Assembly (NCBI GenBank): GCA_963774075.1
Contig: CAVZDP010000001.1
Coordinates: forward strand, 108,572-172,571
Length of the DNA: 64,000 nt
Direction: 5' to 3'
Origin: an uncultured Solirubrobacterales bacterium
GTDB taxonomy: Bacteria > Actinomycetota > Thermoleophilia > Solirubrobacterales > JBBDJG01
Part shown: positions 1 through 19,506 of the stretch, one piece after another
Layout of the letters: each line of letters begins with the position of its first letter
Position numbering within the stretch: the stretch's first letter is position 1
The notes under the pieces: generated by a model
The model's database searches: none
Seen by the model: only the letters and a program-made list of their open reading frames with translations
Told to the model about the DNA's origin: nothing
Made by a program: the position numbers and the translations under genes

Positions 1-377
1 TCGTCACTCGTGCGGATCTCCTCGCAGGGCACGAGGCGACGCCCTCGCAGGTGGTCGAGCGCCGCGTTGCGGGCCACCCGCAGGATCCAGGCGGCGAAGG
101 GCACGTCGCGCTCCTCGTACTTGACGATCGCGCTGGTCAGCTTCGCGAACACGTTCTGGGTTATGTCCTCGGCCTCGTGGAAGTCGCGCACGATGCTGTT
201 GACGTAGCGGTACACGTCGTCGGCGTAGCGCACGTAGAGGAAGTGCAGTGCGCTGGTGTCGCCCTCCTTTGCGCGGGCGATCGCCCGCCCCAGTAGAGGG
301 TCCCGGCTCGCCGCCGGACGCGCGAAACGGCCGGGGGGAGCGGGAGCGTTTCCGTGCCGTTCGCCTTTCACCTTCAT
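1..377 (-). CDS. ECF-type sigma-70 family RNA polymerase sigma factor, N-terminal part (gene continues past the left edge)
   Basis: Own translation of a frame absent from the ORF track (ATG = complement of 375-377): MKVKGERHGNAPAPPGRFARPAASRDPLLGRAIARAKEGDTSALHFLYVRYADDVYRYVNSIVRDFHEAEDITQNVFAKLTSAIVKYEERDVPFAAWILRVARNAALDHLRGRR... This carries sigma region 2 signatures (AEDITQNVF, F.AWIL.VARNAALDHLR). The listed ORF 4..399 is a different, Arg/Pro-rich frame. Confidence 0.8.
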   Translation of the reverse strand, partial: MKVKGERHGNAPAPPGRFARPAASRDPLLGRAIARAKEGDTSALHFLYVRYADDVYRYVNSIVRDFHEAEDITQNVFAKLTSAIVKYEERDVPFAAWILRVARNAALDHLRGRRLVPCEEIRTSD

Positions 378-661
378 CCTTTCGGAGCTCCGTTCCCAAA
401 TGACCTCAACAAAACGAACCCAATGAGGCCTCGCCTCCACCCACGCGAACGCGGAAGACTAGATCACCCGTCGACAATTGCAAGGGTCTCGGCGAAAGCT
501 TTTTGTACGGCTATCGCGAAAGCGGTCGGGGTCCAGGCAAAACCTAAATCGAGACGCGACCGGTGGATCAGCGGGCACGAAGTTCCCCGCCCGGCTAGCC
601 TAGTGCTGGAGTACTGGCGGGCGGCAGTGTGAGCCGATTCTGACAAGCGAGGAGTGTTGAA

Positions 662-1648
662 GTGGGTCGATTCGAGCGACAGGAAACGGGGGCCGACAGC
701 CCCGCCGCCGCTCTCGAGAACGCAGCCGACGAGCTCACCTCATCGGTCGAGCGCACGTTGCGGGAAATCGTGGAGGGAGCACAAGCACGTGCGGCGGAGA
801 TCGAGGCTGCGGCGCAGGCGCGCGCAGCGGAGATCGAGGAATCGGCCGCTCGCAAGGCCGATGAGATCAGGCGGGCGTCCGAGGGAAGGGCGGAGGAGGT
901 CCTCCGCGCTGCGCTCGACCGAGCCTCCAGGATGCTCGGCGCGATCGATGCCGCCGACGAGAAGCTCGGCAGCACGATCTCAGCGCTGAGATCGGAGAGC
1001 CAGGCGCTCGCTTCGGAGTTGGAGCAAGCGAGGCTCCAGGTCTCCCAGATCGAGGACGGGGCCATTCCGTCTGCGCGGAGCGAGGAGGAGCCTCCGTCGG
1101 AGCCACTCGCCGAAGAGACCGCCGAAGAGACCGCAGAAGTGTCGGACGAGCAGGTCCCGGACCTGAACGCGAAAAGCGAGGAGCCGGCCGCTGAAGGCGA
1201 TGCCTCGGCCGAGCAGGGCGAGGAGCCGGAGAGGCAGGGCGAGGAGCCCGGCGAGCCCGACGAGGAGCTTGGCGAGACCGACGAGCCCGACGAGGAGCCT
1301 GACGAGCCCGACGAGGCGCCCGACGTCAACAACGAGGAGCCCGACGAGCAGGTCCCGGAGGCAGATGGCCAGGCGGACCCCCCGAGACTCGAGCACGCGT
1401 CTTCGGACGAGGCCGCCCCGGCGCCTCGCGAGCAGGGTGCCGAGAGCGCCGAGATTCGCGGCATGATCCGCGAGCAGATAATGAGGATGTATCGCAGCGG
1501 AAGGTCTCGGGCCGAGGCCGAGCGCTTCCTGATGCGGTTCAACCAGGGGGAGTCGTACATGAGTCTCGTCGACGCCATCTACGGCGATGGCCAGGGAGGG
1601 ACCGACAAGGGCCGGGGCATCCTGGGCCTGCGTCGACGGCAGCGCTAG
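662..1648 (+). CDS. Hypothetical acidic coiled-coil protein (Ala/Glu-rich helical N-terminus, EEPDE low-complexity middle, small conserved-looking C-terminal domain)
   Basis: GTG start 662 lies 7 nt after GAGGAG. The 328-aa ORF has heptad-like AAEIE/ARAAEIE repeats, then PDEEPDEPDE tracts, then ..IRGMIREQIMRMYRSGRSRAEAERFLMRFNQGESYMSLVDAIYG. I recognise no family. Confidence 0.55.
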   Translation: MGRFERQETGADSPAAALENAADELTSSVERTLREIVEGAQARAAEIEAAAQARAAEIEESAARKADEIRRASEGRAEEVLRAALDRASRMLGAIDAADEKLGSTISALRSESQALASELEQARLQVSQIEDGAIPSARSEEEPPSEPLAEETAEETAEVSDEQVPDLNAKSEEPAAEGDASAEQGEEPERQGEEPGEPDEELGETDEPDEEPDEPDEAPDVNNEEPDEQVPEADGQADPPRLEHASSDEAAPAPREQGAESAEIRGMIREQIMRMYRSGRSRAEAERFLMRFNQGESYMSLVDAIYGDGQGGTDKGRGILGLRRRQR

Positions 1649-1649
1649 C

Positions 1650-1850
1650 GGCCAGAGCGCATGGTCCCGGAGCCTAGTACCATGGCGCGCTGACGCGACG
1701 ACGACATTTTCCGAGCGCCGAAGACGGTTGGCGGCCGAGAGGCGGAAGTCCAGCCCAGGCGGGGAGAGAGGACCGAAGTGATCCCTGTGCCCGCCTGCGA
1801 GCGGGCTTTTTCGTGGCCGGCCCCGCCGAAGAGCTGAAGACAGGAGACAG
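1650..1850 (+). promoter_or_regulatory. rplJ 5' leader (L10-leader-like region) containing an attenuator hairpin
   Basis: A 200-nt untranslated gap precedes rplJ, with a terminator-like hairpin plus T5 at 1789-1811. r-protein L10(L12)4 autoregulatory leaders are known upstream of rplJ in Gram-positive bacteria. Homology to that RNA family was not verified. Confidence 0.45.
1789..1811 (+). terminator. Intrinsic-terminator-like attenuator in the rplJ leader
   Basis: GCCCGC (1789-1794), loop CTGCGA, GCGGGC (1801-1806), followed by TTTTT (1807-1811), 40 nt before the rplJ start. Confidence 0.55.
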
Positions 1851-2549
1851 TTGAAGAAAGAGCAGAAGTCGCAGGTCGTGCACGAGATCGCGGCCCAGAT
1901 CAGCGGGTCGGAGGCGATCTACGCGGCGGACTACCGAGGTCTGACCGTTTCGCAGGCCGCCACCCTGCGGGCGCGCCTGCGCGATGTCGACACGAGCTTC
2001 CGCATCGTGAAGAACACCCTCACGCTGCGCGCGGCCGACGAGGCGGGCGCCGAGACCGTCAAGGAGCTCGTCGACGGCCCGACGGCCTTCGCGTTCGTGA
2101 AGGGCGACCCGGCGATGGCCGCCAAGGCGATCGACGTCTTCGCCCGCCAGGAGCGCGTGATGGAGGTCCGCGGCGGCGTGATCGAGGGCAAGCTCCTGTC
2201 GGCCGACGATTTCAGGCTGCTCGCCCGCCTGCCGGCGCGCGAGCAGCTCATCGCGCAGCTCGCGGGCGTTGTGGCGTCGCCCGTGACGGGCCTCGTTCGG
2301 GGCCTCGGCTCGCTCTTGTCGGGCCTGGCGATCGCGCTGGGGCAGGTACGGGACCAGATGCCGGCGGAGGAGAGCCCACCGCCCAAGCAGGAGGCTCCGG
2401 CGGCCGAGGAGCCGCCAGCAGAGGAGCCGGCGGCCGAAGCTCCCGCGGAGGAGGCTTCGGCGGAGGATTCGAGCGATGGACCTGCCGCGGAAGAGCAGCA
2501 GGCCGAGGAAGAAAAACCTGAGGATTCTGACGAGAAGGAGGCTGAGTAG
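1851..2549 (+). CDS. rplJ: 50S ribosomal protein L10 with ~65-aa acidic C-terminal extension
   Basis: TTG start after AGGAGA. The N-terminal ~165 aa are typical L10 (..[26 protein letters not shown]..). The tail is [31 protein letters not shown]... Confidence 0.95.
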   Translation: MKKEQKSQVVHEIAAQISGSEAIYAADYRGLTVSQAATLRARLRDVDTSFRIVKNTLTLRAADEAGAETVKELVDGPTAFAFVKGDPAMAAKAIDVFARQERVMEVRGGVIEGKLLSADDFRLLARLPAREQLIAQLAGVVASPVTGLVRGLGSLLSGLAIALGQVRDQMPAEESPPPKQEAPAAEEPPAEEPAAEAPAEEASAEDSSDGPAAEEQQAEEEKPEDSDEKEAE

Positions 2550-2551
2550 CA

Positions 2552-2944
2552 GTGGCAACCAAGGTCAGTACCGAGGATTGGATCGAGGAGCTGAAGAGCA
2601 TCTCGGTGATCGAGCTGTCCGAGCGCATCAAGGCGCTCGAGGAGGAATTCGGCGTCTCTGCCACGGCGGTCGCCGCTGCGGCTCCGGCTACCGCCGCCCC
2701 GTCGGGCGATGGTGCGGGCGCGGAGGAGGAGAAGTCGACGTTCGACGTCGTCCTCACCGGCGCCGGCGACAAGAAGATCCAGGTCATCAAGGTCGTCCGG
2801 GCGGCGACCGGCCTGGGCCTGAAGGAGGCCAAGGCTCTCGTCGATGAGCACCCCAAGGCCGTGAAGGAGGGCCTGGAGAAGGACGAGGCCGACAAGTTGA
2901 AGGGCGAGCTCGAGGAGGCCGGAGCTTCCGTAGAGTTGAAGTAG
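2552..2944 (+). CDS. rplL: 50S ribosomal protein L7/L12
   Basis: GTG start; Ala-rich hinge; C-terminal domain ..[25 protein letters not shown].. Confidence 0.97.
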   Translation: MATKVSTEDWIEELKSISVIELSERIKALEEEFGVSATAVAAAAPATAAPSGDGAGAEEEKSTFDVVLTGAGDKKIQVIKVVRAATGLGLKEAKALVDEHPKAVKEGLEKDEADKLKGELEEAGASVELK

Positions 2945-3114
2945 GCGCCCCGCCCGTTCAGGGCCGGATCAGATAGATTTGGGAAGAAGCCCGATCCCGT
3001 CCGAGGCCATCCGGGGGTGTGGTAACCTAGCCGGTTGCGCCTTTTGGCCTGCCCTTTTTCGCCAAGCCCATTCGTCAGCCGTCGTCCCAGCCGACTTTAT
3101 AAGGAGTCGCCCCT

Positions 3115-10733
<7,619 letters not shown>

Positions 10734-10745
10734 CCAGGACTAGAC

Positions 10746-10768
10746 GAGGGCGGCGACCAGCCGCCCTC
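10746..10768. terminator. GC-rich hairpin after rpoC (candidate bidirectional terminator between convergent genes)
   Basis: GAGGGCGGC (10746-10754), loop GACCA, GCCGCCCTC (10760-10768): a perfect 9-bp stem with no U-tract. Confidence 0.4.
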
Positions 10769-10815
10769 GCCGCCGTTAATCGGAAGGTCCCGGGTGCTAG
10801 ATGGCACCACAACCT

Positions 10816-11319
10816 TCAGCGAGCAAGTTGGCCTGCCCACGCCAGGAGCTCCTCCACGTGGGCGTCCTCTATCCCGATGTGGCTCGGGGTGCTGACCAGT
10901 AGCGTCGGGCCCGGGCGGGACGCGGCCCAGCCTCGGCAGCTCTCGTCGTGGTTGTCGTCTATCCAGGCCAGGGGACGACTCTGGCCCACGAAGGCGTCGA
11001 TCGCGCCTATCTTCCAGTGGCAGCTCCCGTAGCTGGGGGCGCAGTCGAAGCTCAGGCAGGGAAGCTCGCCGGGGAGGCCGAGTAGGACGGGTAGGTACTC
11101 GTTGGCCGTTTCCTCCCATCCGGTGGCCCAGACGAGCTCGTAGCGCTCAGCGAGAAGCAGCAGCCGCCTGCCGGCATCCCGGGATATGTAGTGCAGCACC
11201 CCGTTGACCGAGTGGAATGCGCCGGCCGGCATCGCGTCTTGTGCGAATCCGAACAGACTTATGACCCCGTCGACATCGACCAGCAATACAGGCTTGTGGC
11301 TTAGGTGTTCCTTAGACAC
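10816..11319 (-). CDS. HAD-superfamily hydrolase-like protein (start uncertain; longest ORF extends to 11439)
   Basis: ..KPVLLVDVDGVISLF.. matches the DxDxV/T HAD motif I near the N-terminus. GTG at 11319 gives MSKEHLSHKPVLLVDVDG. The ORF-track start at 11439 would leave almost no divergent promoter space. Confidence 0.6.
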   Translation of the reverse strand: MSKEHLSHKPVLLVDVDGVISLFGFAQDAMPAGAFHSVNGVLHYISRDAGRRLLLLAERYELVWATGWEETANEYLPVLLGLPGELPCLSFDCAPSYGSCHWKIGAIDAFVGQSRPLAWIDDNHDESCRGWAASRPGPTLLVSTPSHIGIEDAHVEELLAWAGQLAR

Positions 11320-11486
11320 GCCTATCAGGGTATGTTGTCCAAGACGAGCGGCGTCGGGGGACGTTTCCAACCGGTCGTATGTCCAGCATCCGGGGTGTTT
11401 CGTCAACCGCGTAGGGAAAGCCACCGAAAGATCGAACAAGGCGTCGAACCCGCTTGCCTGACCTTCCTAACTTTTCCGTGAACTTG

Positions 11487-12356
11487 ATGACTCCACACTT
11501 CGGGCTGCTGCTCGCCCTCTTCTGTGCGGCGGCCACCAACCTGGCCTTCCTGTGGAAGCACAAGGGCGCCGTGGCCGCTCCCGAGGTCGACATGCGCCAC
11601 CCGGTGAAGAGCGCGGCCGGTCTCTTCCGGTCGAAGTGGTTCGCCGTGGGCTTCTTGGTGGCCGTGGGCGCTTGGGTCCTGCACGTCGGCGCGCTTGCTC
11701 TTGCCCCTATCTCCCTCGTTCAGGCCGTCATCTCGGGCGGGCTCGTGCTGCTTGCCGTGATCGCCGAGCGTTGGTTCGGATTCTCGCTCGGCCGCCGTCA
11801 GTGGTGGGGCGTCGGCCTCACCGCCGCAGGGCTTGCCTTCCTCGGGCTCACGGCTCAGAGCGGCATGAACGGCTCGCACTCGAGCTACTCGATCTCGGCC
11901 ATGATCGCCTTCGAGGGCGGCATGATCGTGATCGGGACGCTGCTGCTGCTCTCTCACAGGGTCGAGCGCGTCCGTCACCGCCACGGCGTCCTGCTCGGAG
12001 CCGCCGCCGGCATCCTCTTCGGCGTCTCCGACGTCGCGATCAAGGCGCTCTCCGGCACCGTGCCGGGCGATCCCATGACGCTCTTCGGGCCGTGGACCCT
12101 CGTCGCCCTGATCGCCTCGGTGGGCGCGTTCTACGCTTCCGCTCGCGGCCTGCAGGTCGGAGAGGGCGTCTCGGTGATCACGCTCACGTCCGTGGCCGCC
12201 AACGCCTCGGCGATCCTCGGCGGCGTGCTCGTCTTCGGCGATCCGCTCGGCAGCGACGCGCTCGCGATCGCCGGCCGCAGCGCAGCCTTCGCCCTCGTGA
12301 TCGCAGCGGCCGCGCTCATGCCGGCGCCGCTTCGCGCAGCGCGCCAGACTGCTTAG
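11487..12356 (+). CDS. Polytopic membrane protein, DMT/EamA-like (about 9-10 TM)
   Basis: ORF 11454..12356. ATG at 11487 precedes the first hydrophobic segment, and hydrophobic helices run throughout. Family assignment is by general resemblance only. Confidence 0.6.
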   Translation: MTPHFGLLLALFCAAATNLAFLWKHKGAVAAPEVDMRHPVKSAAGLFRSKWFAVGFLVAVGAWVLHVGALALAPISLVQAVISGGLVLLAVIAERWFGFSLGRRQWWGVGLTAAGLAFLGLTAQSGMNGSHSSYSISAMIAFEGGMIVIGTLLLLSHRVERVRHRHGVLLGAAAGILFGVSDVAIKALSGTVPGDPMTLFGPWTLVALIASVGAFYASARGLQVGEGVSVITLTSVAANASAILGGVLVFGDPLGSDALAIAGRSAAFALVIAAAALMPAPLRAARQTA

Positions 12357-12420
12357 CCGCGAATTTGTGCAGGGAGTCCTCCTCGAGGACGATTCCCGAG
12401 CCTTGCTACCATCGCGCCCC

Positions 12421-12816
12421 GTGCCCAGCATCAATCAGCTCGTCCGCAAGAGCCGCAACCGCCCGCGCAAGAAGGTTTCCACGCCCGGGCTGAAGTCGAG
12501 CCAGGGCGGCAAGCGCCGGCTCGCCGCTCCTCAGCGACGCGGAGTGTGCACGCGGGTGTATACGACGACGCCGAAGAAGCCCAACTCTGCGTTGCGCAAG
12601 GTCGCGCGCGTACGCCTGACGAACGGGATGGAGGTCACCGCCTACATCCCGGGCGAAGGACACAACCTGCAGGAGCACTCGGTGGTGCTCGTCCGCGGGG
12701 GTCGCGTCAAGGACCTGCCGGGCGTGCGCTACAAGGTCGTGCGCGGGACCCTCGACGCCGCCGGCGTCTCGGACCGCAAGAAGGCCCGCTCGCAGTACGG
12801 CGTCAAGGCCAGCTGA
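12421..12816 (+). CDS. rpsL: 30S ribosomal protein S12
   Basis: GTG at 12421 gives [10 protein letters not shown]... (canonical S12 N-terminus), then ..[46 protein letters not shown].. The track start at 12367 is an upstream extension. Confidence 0.96.
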   Translation: MPSINQLVRKSRNRPRKKVSTPGLKSSQGGKRRLAAPQRRGVCTRVYTTTPKKPNSALRKVARVRLTNGMEVTAYIPGEGHNLQEHSVVLVRGGRVKDLPGVRYKVVRGTLDAAGVSDRKKARSQYGVKAS

Positions 12817-12826
12817 CCGCCCAAGG

Positions 12827-13297
12827 ATGCCTCGCCGAGGAGGGATAACACCGCGTCCGCTCGAGCCGGACCACGTGCACAACAGCCGGCTCGTCCAGCA
12901 GGTGATCAACAAGGTGATGCAGGGCGGCAAGAAGTCCGTGGCCGAGAAGATCACCTACGACGCGCTCGACATTCTCGCGAGGAAGACGGGCAAGGACCCG
13001 ATCGAGGCGCTCGAGCACTCGATCAAAGTCCTCACTCCGGTGCTCGAGGTGCGGTCACGCAGGGTCGGAGGTGCCACCTACCAGGTACCGGTCGAGGTGC
13101 CCGCGAGGCGCGCTCGCACGCTCGCGGTGCGCTGGCTCGTCGAGTACGCCCGCAACCGGCGCGAGAAGTCGATGTCCGAGCGGCTCGCAAACGAGCTCGC
13201 CGACGCGTCCGAGCAGCAGGGCGACGCCTACAAGCGCAAGGACGACATCTACCGCATGGCGCAGGCCAACAAGGCCTTCGCCCACTACCGCTGGTAG
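12827..13297 (+). CDS. rpsG: 30S ribosomal protein S7
   Basis: 156 aa, ..[20 protein letters not shown]..; follows rpsL. Confidence 0.97.
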   Translation: MPRRGGITPRPLEPDHVHNSRLVQQVINKVMQGGKKSVAEKITYDALDILARKTGKDPIEALEHSIKVLTPVLEVRSRRVGGATYQVPVEVPARRARTLAVRWLVEYARNRREKSMSERLANELADASEQQGDAYKRKDDIYRMAQANKAFAHYRW

Positions 13298-13450
13298 CGC
13301 CCGACCCCGGTCGCTATCTCGATCCGGGCATAACCACCCCGTCGGGCGCGCGAGGCGCGCGTCGATCCGCACGAGACTCCGCACGTAACGCTAGGCGATC
13401 GATTTAGGCGCCCTCGACCGGCGGCACTGCCGGCGCCGGCCCAACAGACT

Positions 13451-13530
13451 CGGAATACCAGGCCGGCTCCGCCGGGCACCTCAGTCACGTGAGCCGGCTG
13501 CGCCCCCTTCGGGGGCTACGCCGTCTCTCG
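13451..13530 (-). repeat. Single copy of the 81-nt GTAG-hairpin element (minus orientation)
   Basis: The reverse complement reads CGAGAGA-CGGC-GTAG-CCCCC-gaa-GGGGGC-GCA-GCCG-GCTCACGTGACTGAGGTGC-CCGGC-gga-GCCGG-CCTGGTATTCCG. This is colinear with the units at 47200-47472. Confidence 0.85.
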
Positions 13531-14801
13531 TCATAACCAGATCAGCGGCCAGCGTCTCGAGATCGCGCCCGTGCGGCTCGATCGAAACCAAGGCGAAGCC
13601 GAGCGCGACCAGCACTGAGAAACCGGCCAGGAACAGGAACGCCGGCTCCTGCGCCGCGAGGGTGGCCTCCGGATCCACGAGGTCGCCCGTTCCGGCGATC
13701 AGTGCGACTCCGAGTGGTCCCACGATCCGCCCCACCCCGCTGACGGCCCACGCCAGACCCATCCCGTGTGTCCGCAGGCGCGTCGGAAACACCTCCGGCG
13801 TGTAGGGGGCGAGGTTCGCGAAGCCGCCGTCAACGAAGAAGGCCGCGGCCACGAGCCACACGAGGAAGAGGGGGATGCCGGCGACCTTTGAGGTGCCGCT
13901 GAACGCGGCGGCGGCCAGGAGCGGTGGCGCTCCAAGGCCCATGACGAGCCCGCAGGTGCGGCGGCCCAGGCGCTGGGGTGCGAACGAGAAGAAGAGGCGG
14001 CCACCGAAGGAGCCGAGCGTCACGAAGACGAACAGGAGCGCGGCCTCGTCGGTGTCGATGTCGAGAATCCGCTCGAGGATCGCTGTATCGGCTGCCCTGT
14101 CCCTCGGGACTGGGAGGCGCTTCGAGCGAGAGCTCCTCTTCGTCGCGCTCGAGGAGCCACGCGATCACGCTGCGAGCCTCCTCCAGGCGGCCCTGATCCG
14201 CCAGCCAGCGAGGCGATTCCGGCACGTAGCGCCAAACGAAGATCGCGAGCAGCGCCGGCAGCACTCCGACCCCGAAAAGCGGCCGCCAGCCGATCGCCGG
14301 GATCAACACGGCGGCAGCGATGGCGGCCGCCATGATCCCGATCGGCACCATGGCCGTGGTGACGAAGCCCGCGACCTGTGTGCGCAGGCGCGTGGGAGTG
14401 AACTCGAGCGTGAGAGGCAGCGCTATCACAGCAACGCCCGCCACGCCGGCGCCGACGACGAAGCGAAGGGCGGCCAGGTACCACCAGCCATTGTCGGGCG
14501 CGGCGGCGAGGGCGCCCGTCGCGAGGGAGAAGGTGAGGATGCCGGCGATCAGTGGCCGTCTGCGGCCGAGGTGGTCTCCCGCGCGTCCCCACGCGACGCT
14601 GCCGAAGATCGCGCCGACGCCGGCGCTCAGGAGCACGATCGCGGTCTCGCCGAAGGTCAGGTCCCACTCGTCGGCGATCTCCGGCACCACGAAAGCGATC
14701 AGGAAGAAATCGAACAGGTGCAGGACCGCGCCCACCATCACCGCGATCGCGAGCAGGTAGAAGCGGCGACTCAGCGGCGCTGCGTCGAGCGCCTCGAGCA
14801 T
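13481..14801 (-). pseudogene. MFS transporter, disrupted (frame switch and missing TM7)
   Basis: The N-half (14801 down to ~14100) has 6 TMs and motif A (GRAGDHLGRRR). The C-half (from ~14090 down to 13481) is in another frame and starts at TM8 (..AALLFVFVTLGSFGGRLFFSFAPQRLGRR..). No TM7 is found in any frame, and the last 15 codons plus the stop lie inside the repeat element. Confidence 0.7.
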
Positions 14802-14821
14802 GCCGGGACGGTGTTCTGTGG

Positions 14822-15370
14822 CTATCTCTCCGCTCTCTGCCGGCCGAAGCGCAGCAGCAAGGCGAGCGCCCCGCCACCGACGAGCGTCAGGACCCCGCCC
14901 GCGACCTCCACCCAGAAGCCTGCGGCCGGCTTGGCCTCCGCGATGCGGGCGTCGGTGGTCAGGCCCGAGGATGTCGCGTCGGGCAGATCGCCGAGGAAGG
15001 CAACCGCAAGGCCCGCAACGCCGAGCACCGCGGCAGCCGCGGCAGGTGGCCAGGCGCCGGTGCTGCGGGCGGCGAGCGTGGCCGCGATGGCCGCCGCTCC
15101 CGCGATCAGCAGGGCATAAGAGTGGTTGGCGCCGCCGGTTTGCTCCTGGATCACGACGACTCCGCGCTCGACCCGGTAGACGTCGAGGAACTCCGCCACG
15201 ATGAAGAGCCCGCCTCCGAGGAGCGCGATCGCAGTCGCCACCTCGAGGCGGCGGCCGGCCACCAGGCGGCGACTACCTCTGAGGCCGGAGCGAAGGGCCG
15301 CGCCGGCCCGCTCCCAGAGCGCCTCCCAGCCCTCTGGGGAAGGCGTGCGGGCGTCCCTGGGAGGGCTCAT
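14822..15370 (-). CDS. Hypothetical membrane protein (about 4 TM)
   Basis: ATG at 15370 (MSPPRDARTP...) within ORF 14822..15496. It has hydrophobic segments and ends 20 nt before the MFS start. Confidence 0.5.
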   Translation of the reverse strand: MSPPRDARTPSPEGWEALWERAGAALRSGLRGSRRLVAGRRLEVATAIALLGGGLFIVAEFLDVYRVERGVVVIQEQTGGANHSYALLIAGAAAIAATLAARSTGAWPPAAAAAVLGVAGLAVAFLGDLPDATSSGLTTDARIAEAKPAAGFWVEVAGGVLTLVGGGALALLLRFGRQRAER

Positions 15371-15519
15371 ACCCCTGCTATCATCGCCGAACGTCTCCAG
15401 GGGCGCTTTACAGCTTGCCGGCGCGGAAAAAGCGTGCGGCTGAAGGCCCCTCGAAGGCACTGTCGAACAATGGAGGCCGAGGCACGATAGGACCAATCGG
15501 GCACTGAGCGCTTAGCGGG

Positions 15520-15543
15520 GAGCCCGGTGGGGCTCTTTTTTTT
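15520..15543 (+). terminator. Strong intrinsic terminator with no annotated upstream plus-strand gene
   Basis: GAGCCC (15520-15525), loop GGTG, GGGCTC (15530-15535), then T8 (15536-15543), which is very unusual in this GC-rich sequence. It lies 74 nt upstream of the fusA ATG. Confidence 0.7.
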
Positions 15544-15616
15544 GACTCGCCTCGGACCGCTCACCCTCAACCAAGACTCCTCCCAAGACTCCTCCAACCA
15601 CCTCGGACCAAACCTG

Positions 15617-17716
<2,100 letters not shown>

Positions 17717-17831
17717 GCCCGTGGCCACGTTCCGGCTATATTTCTGCGGTTGCGCTGAGAGCCCCGTCGCGGCCGGGCCCTGGTGCCGCCGATTCAGCTT
17801 CCCTAACACCGAGCGATGAGGAGCGAGGAAC

Positions 17832-19019
<1,188 letters not shown>

Positions 19020-19025
19020 CAAATC

Positions 19026-19047
19026 GAGGCCGCCGCGAGGCGGCTTC
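19026..19047 (+). terminator. Hairpin after tuf (possible partial terminator / start of S10-operon leader)
   Basis: GAGGCCGCC, GCGA tetraloop, GGCGGCTTC: a 9-bp stem with one G-U and no clear U-tract. Confidence 0.3.
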
Positions 19048-19160
19048 GACAGGTAACGGATATGCAAAGAGATACGACGGGGGCGGGGCTCGGTTTGGGC
19101 TTCGCCCTCAGGCGCGAAAGATAGGAACAACGAGAGGCCGCCGTAGGCGATTCACAGGAA

Positions 19161-19481
19161 ATGGCAACACTCCCCCAAAATAAGATCCGCATCCGACTGA
19201 AGGCGTACGACCACGACGCGATCGATCGCGCCGCGGCCGAAATCGTCGAAACCGCCGAGCGCACTGGTGCCTCGGTGTCGGGTCCCGTGCCGCTGCCGAC
19301 TGAGAAGAACGTCTACGTCGTGATCCGCAGCCCGTTCAAGGACAAGGACTCACGCGAGCACTTCGAGATCCGCACGCACAAGCGGCTGATCGACATCCAC
19401 CAGGCGACGCCCAAGACCGTCGACTCGCTTCAGCGTCTCGACCACCTACCGGCGGGCGTCGACATCGAGATCCGGTTGTAG
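19161..19481 (+). CDS. rpsJ: 30S ribosomal protein S10
   Basis: 106 aa, ..[31 protein letters not shown].. Confidence 0.97.
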   Translation: MATLPQNKIRIRLKAYDHDAIDRAAAEIVETAERTGASVSGPVPLPTEKNVYVVIRSPFKDKDSREHFEIRTHKRLIDIHQATPKTVDSLQRLDHLPAGVDIEIRL

Positions 19482-19506
19482 GCGTGACCTCCGAGATCGA
19501 GCATTA

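Noticed and set aside
4-399. 131-aa minus-strand ORF from the track
   Set aside because: It has Arg/Pro-rich composition typical of an off-frame read in GC-rich DNA. A different minus frame encodes a clean ECF sigma region 2.
12421-12560. ~9-residue insertion in S12 (..[18 protein letters not shown]..) relative to familiar S12 sequences
   Set aside because: It lies in a variable surface loop preceding the conserved [10 protein letters not shown] segment. It is most likely lineage variation, with no frameshift or repeat signature.
15527-15616. Upstream extension of the fusA ORF ([16 protein letters not shown]...)
   Set aside because: It starts inside the T8 terminator. EF-G homology begins at [15 protein letters not shown] (ATG 15617).
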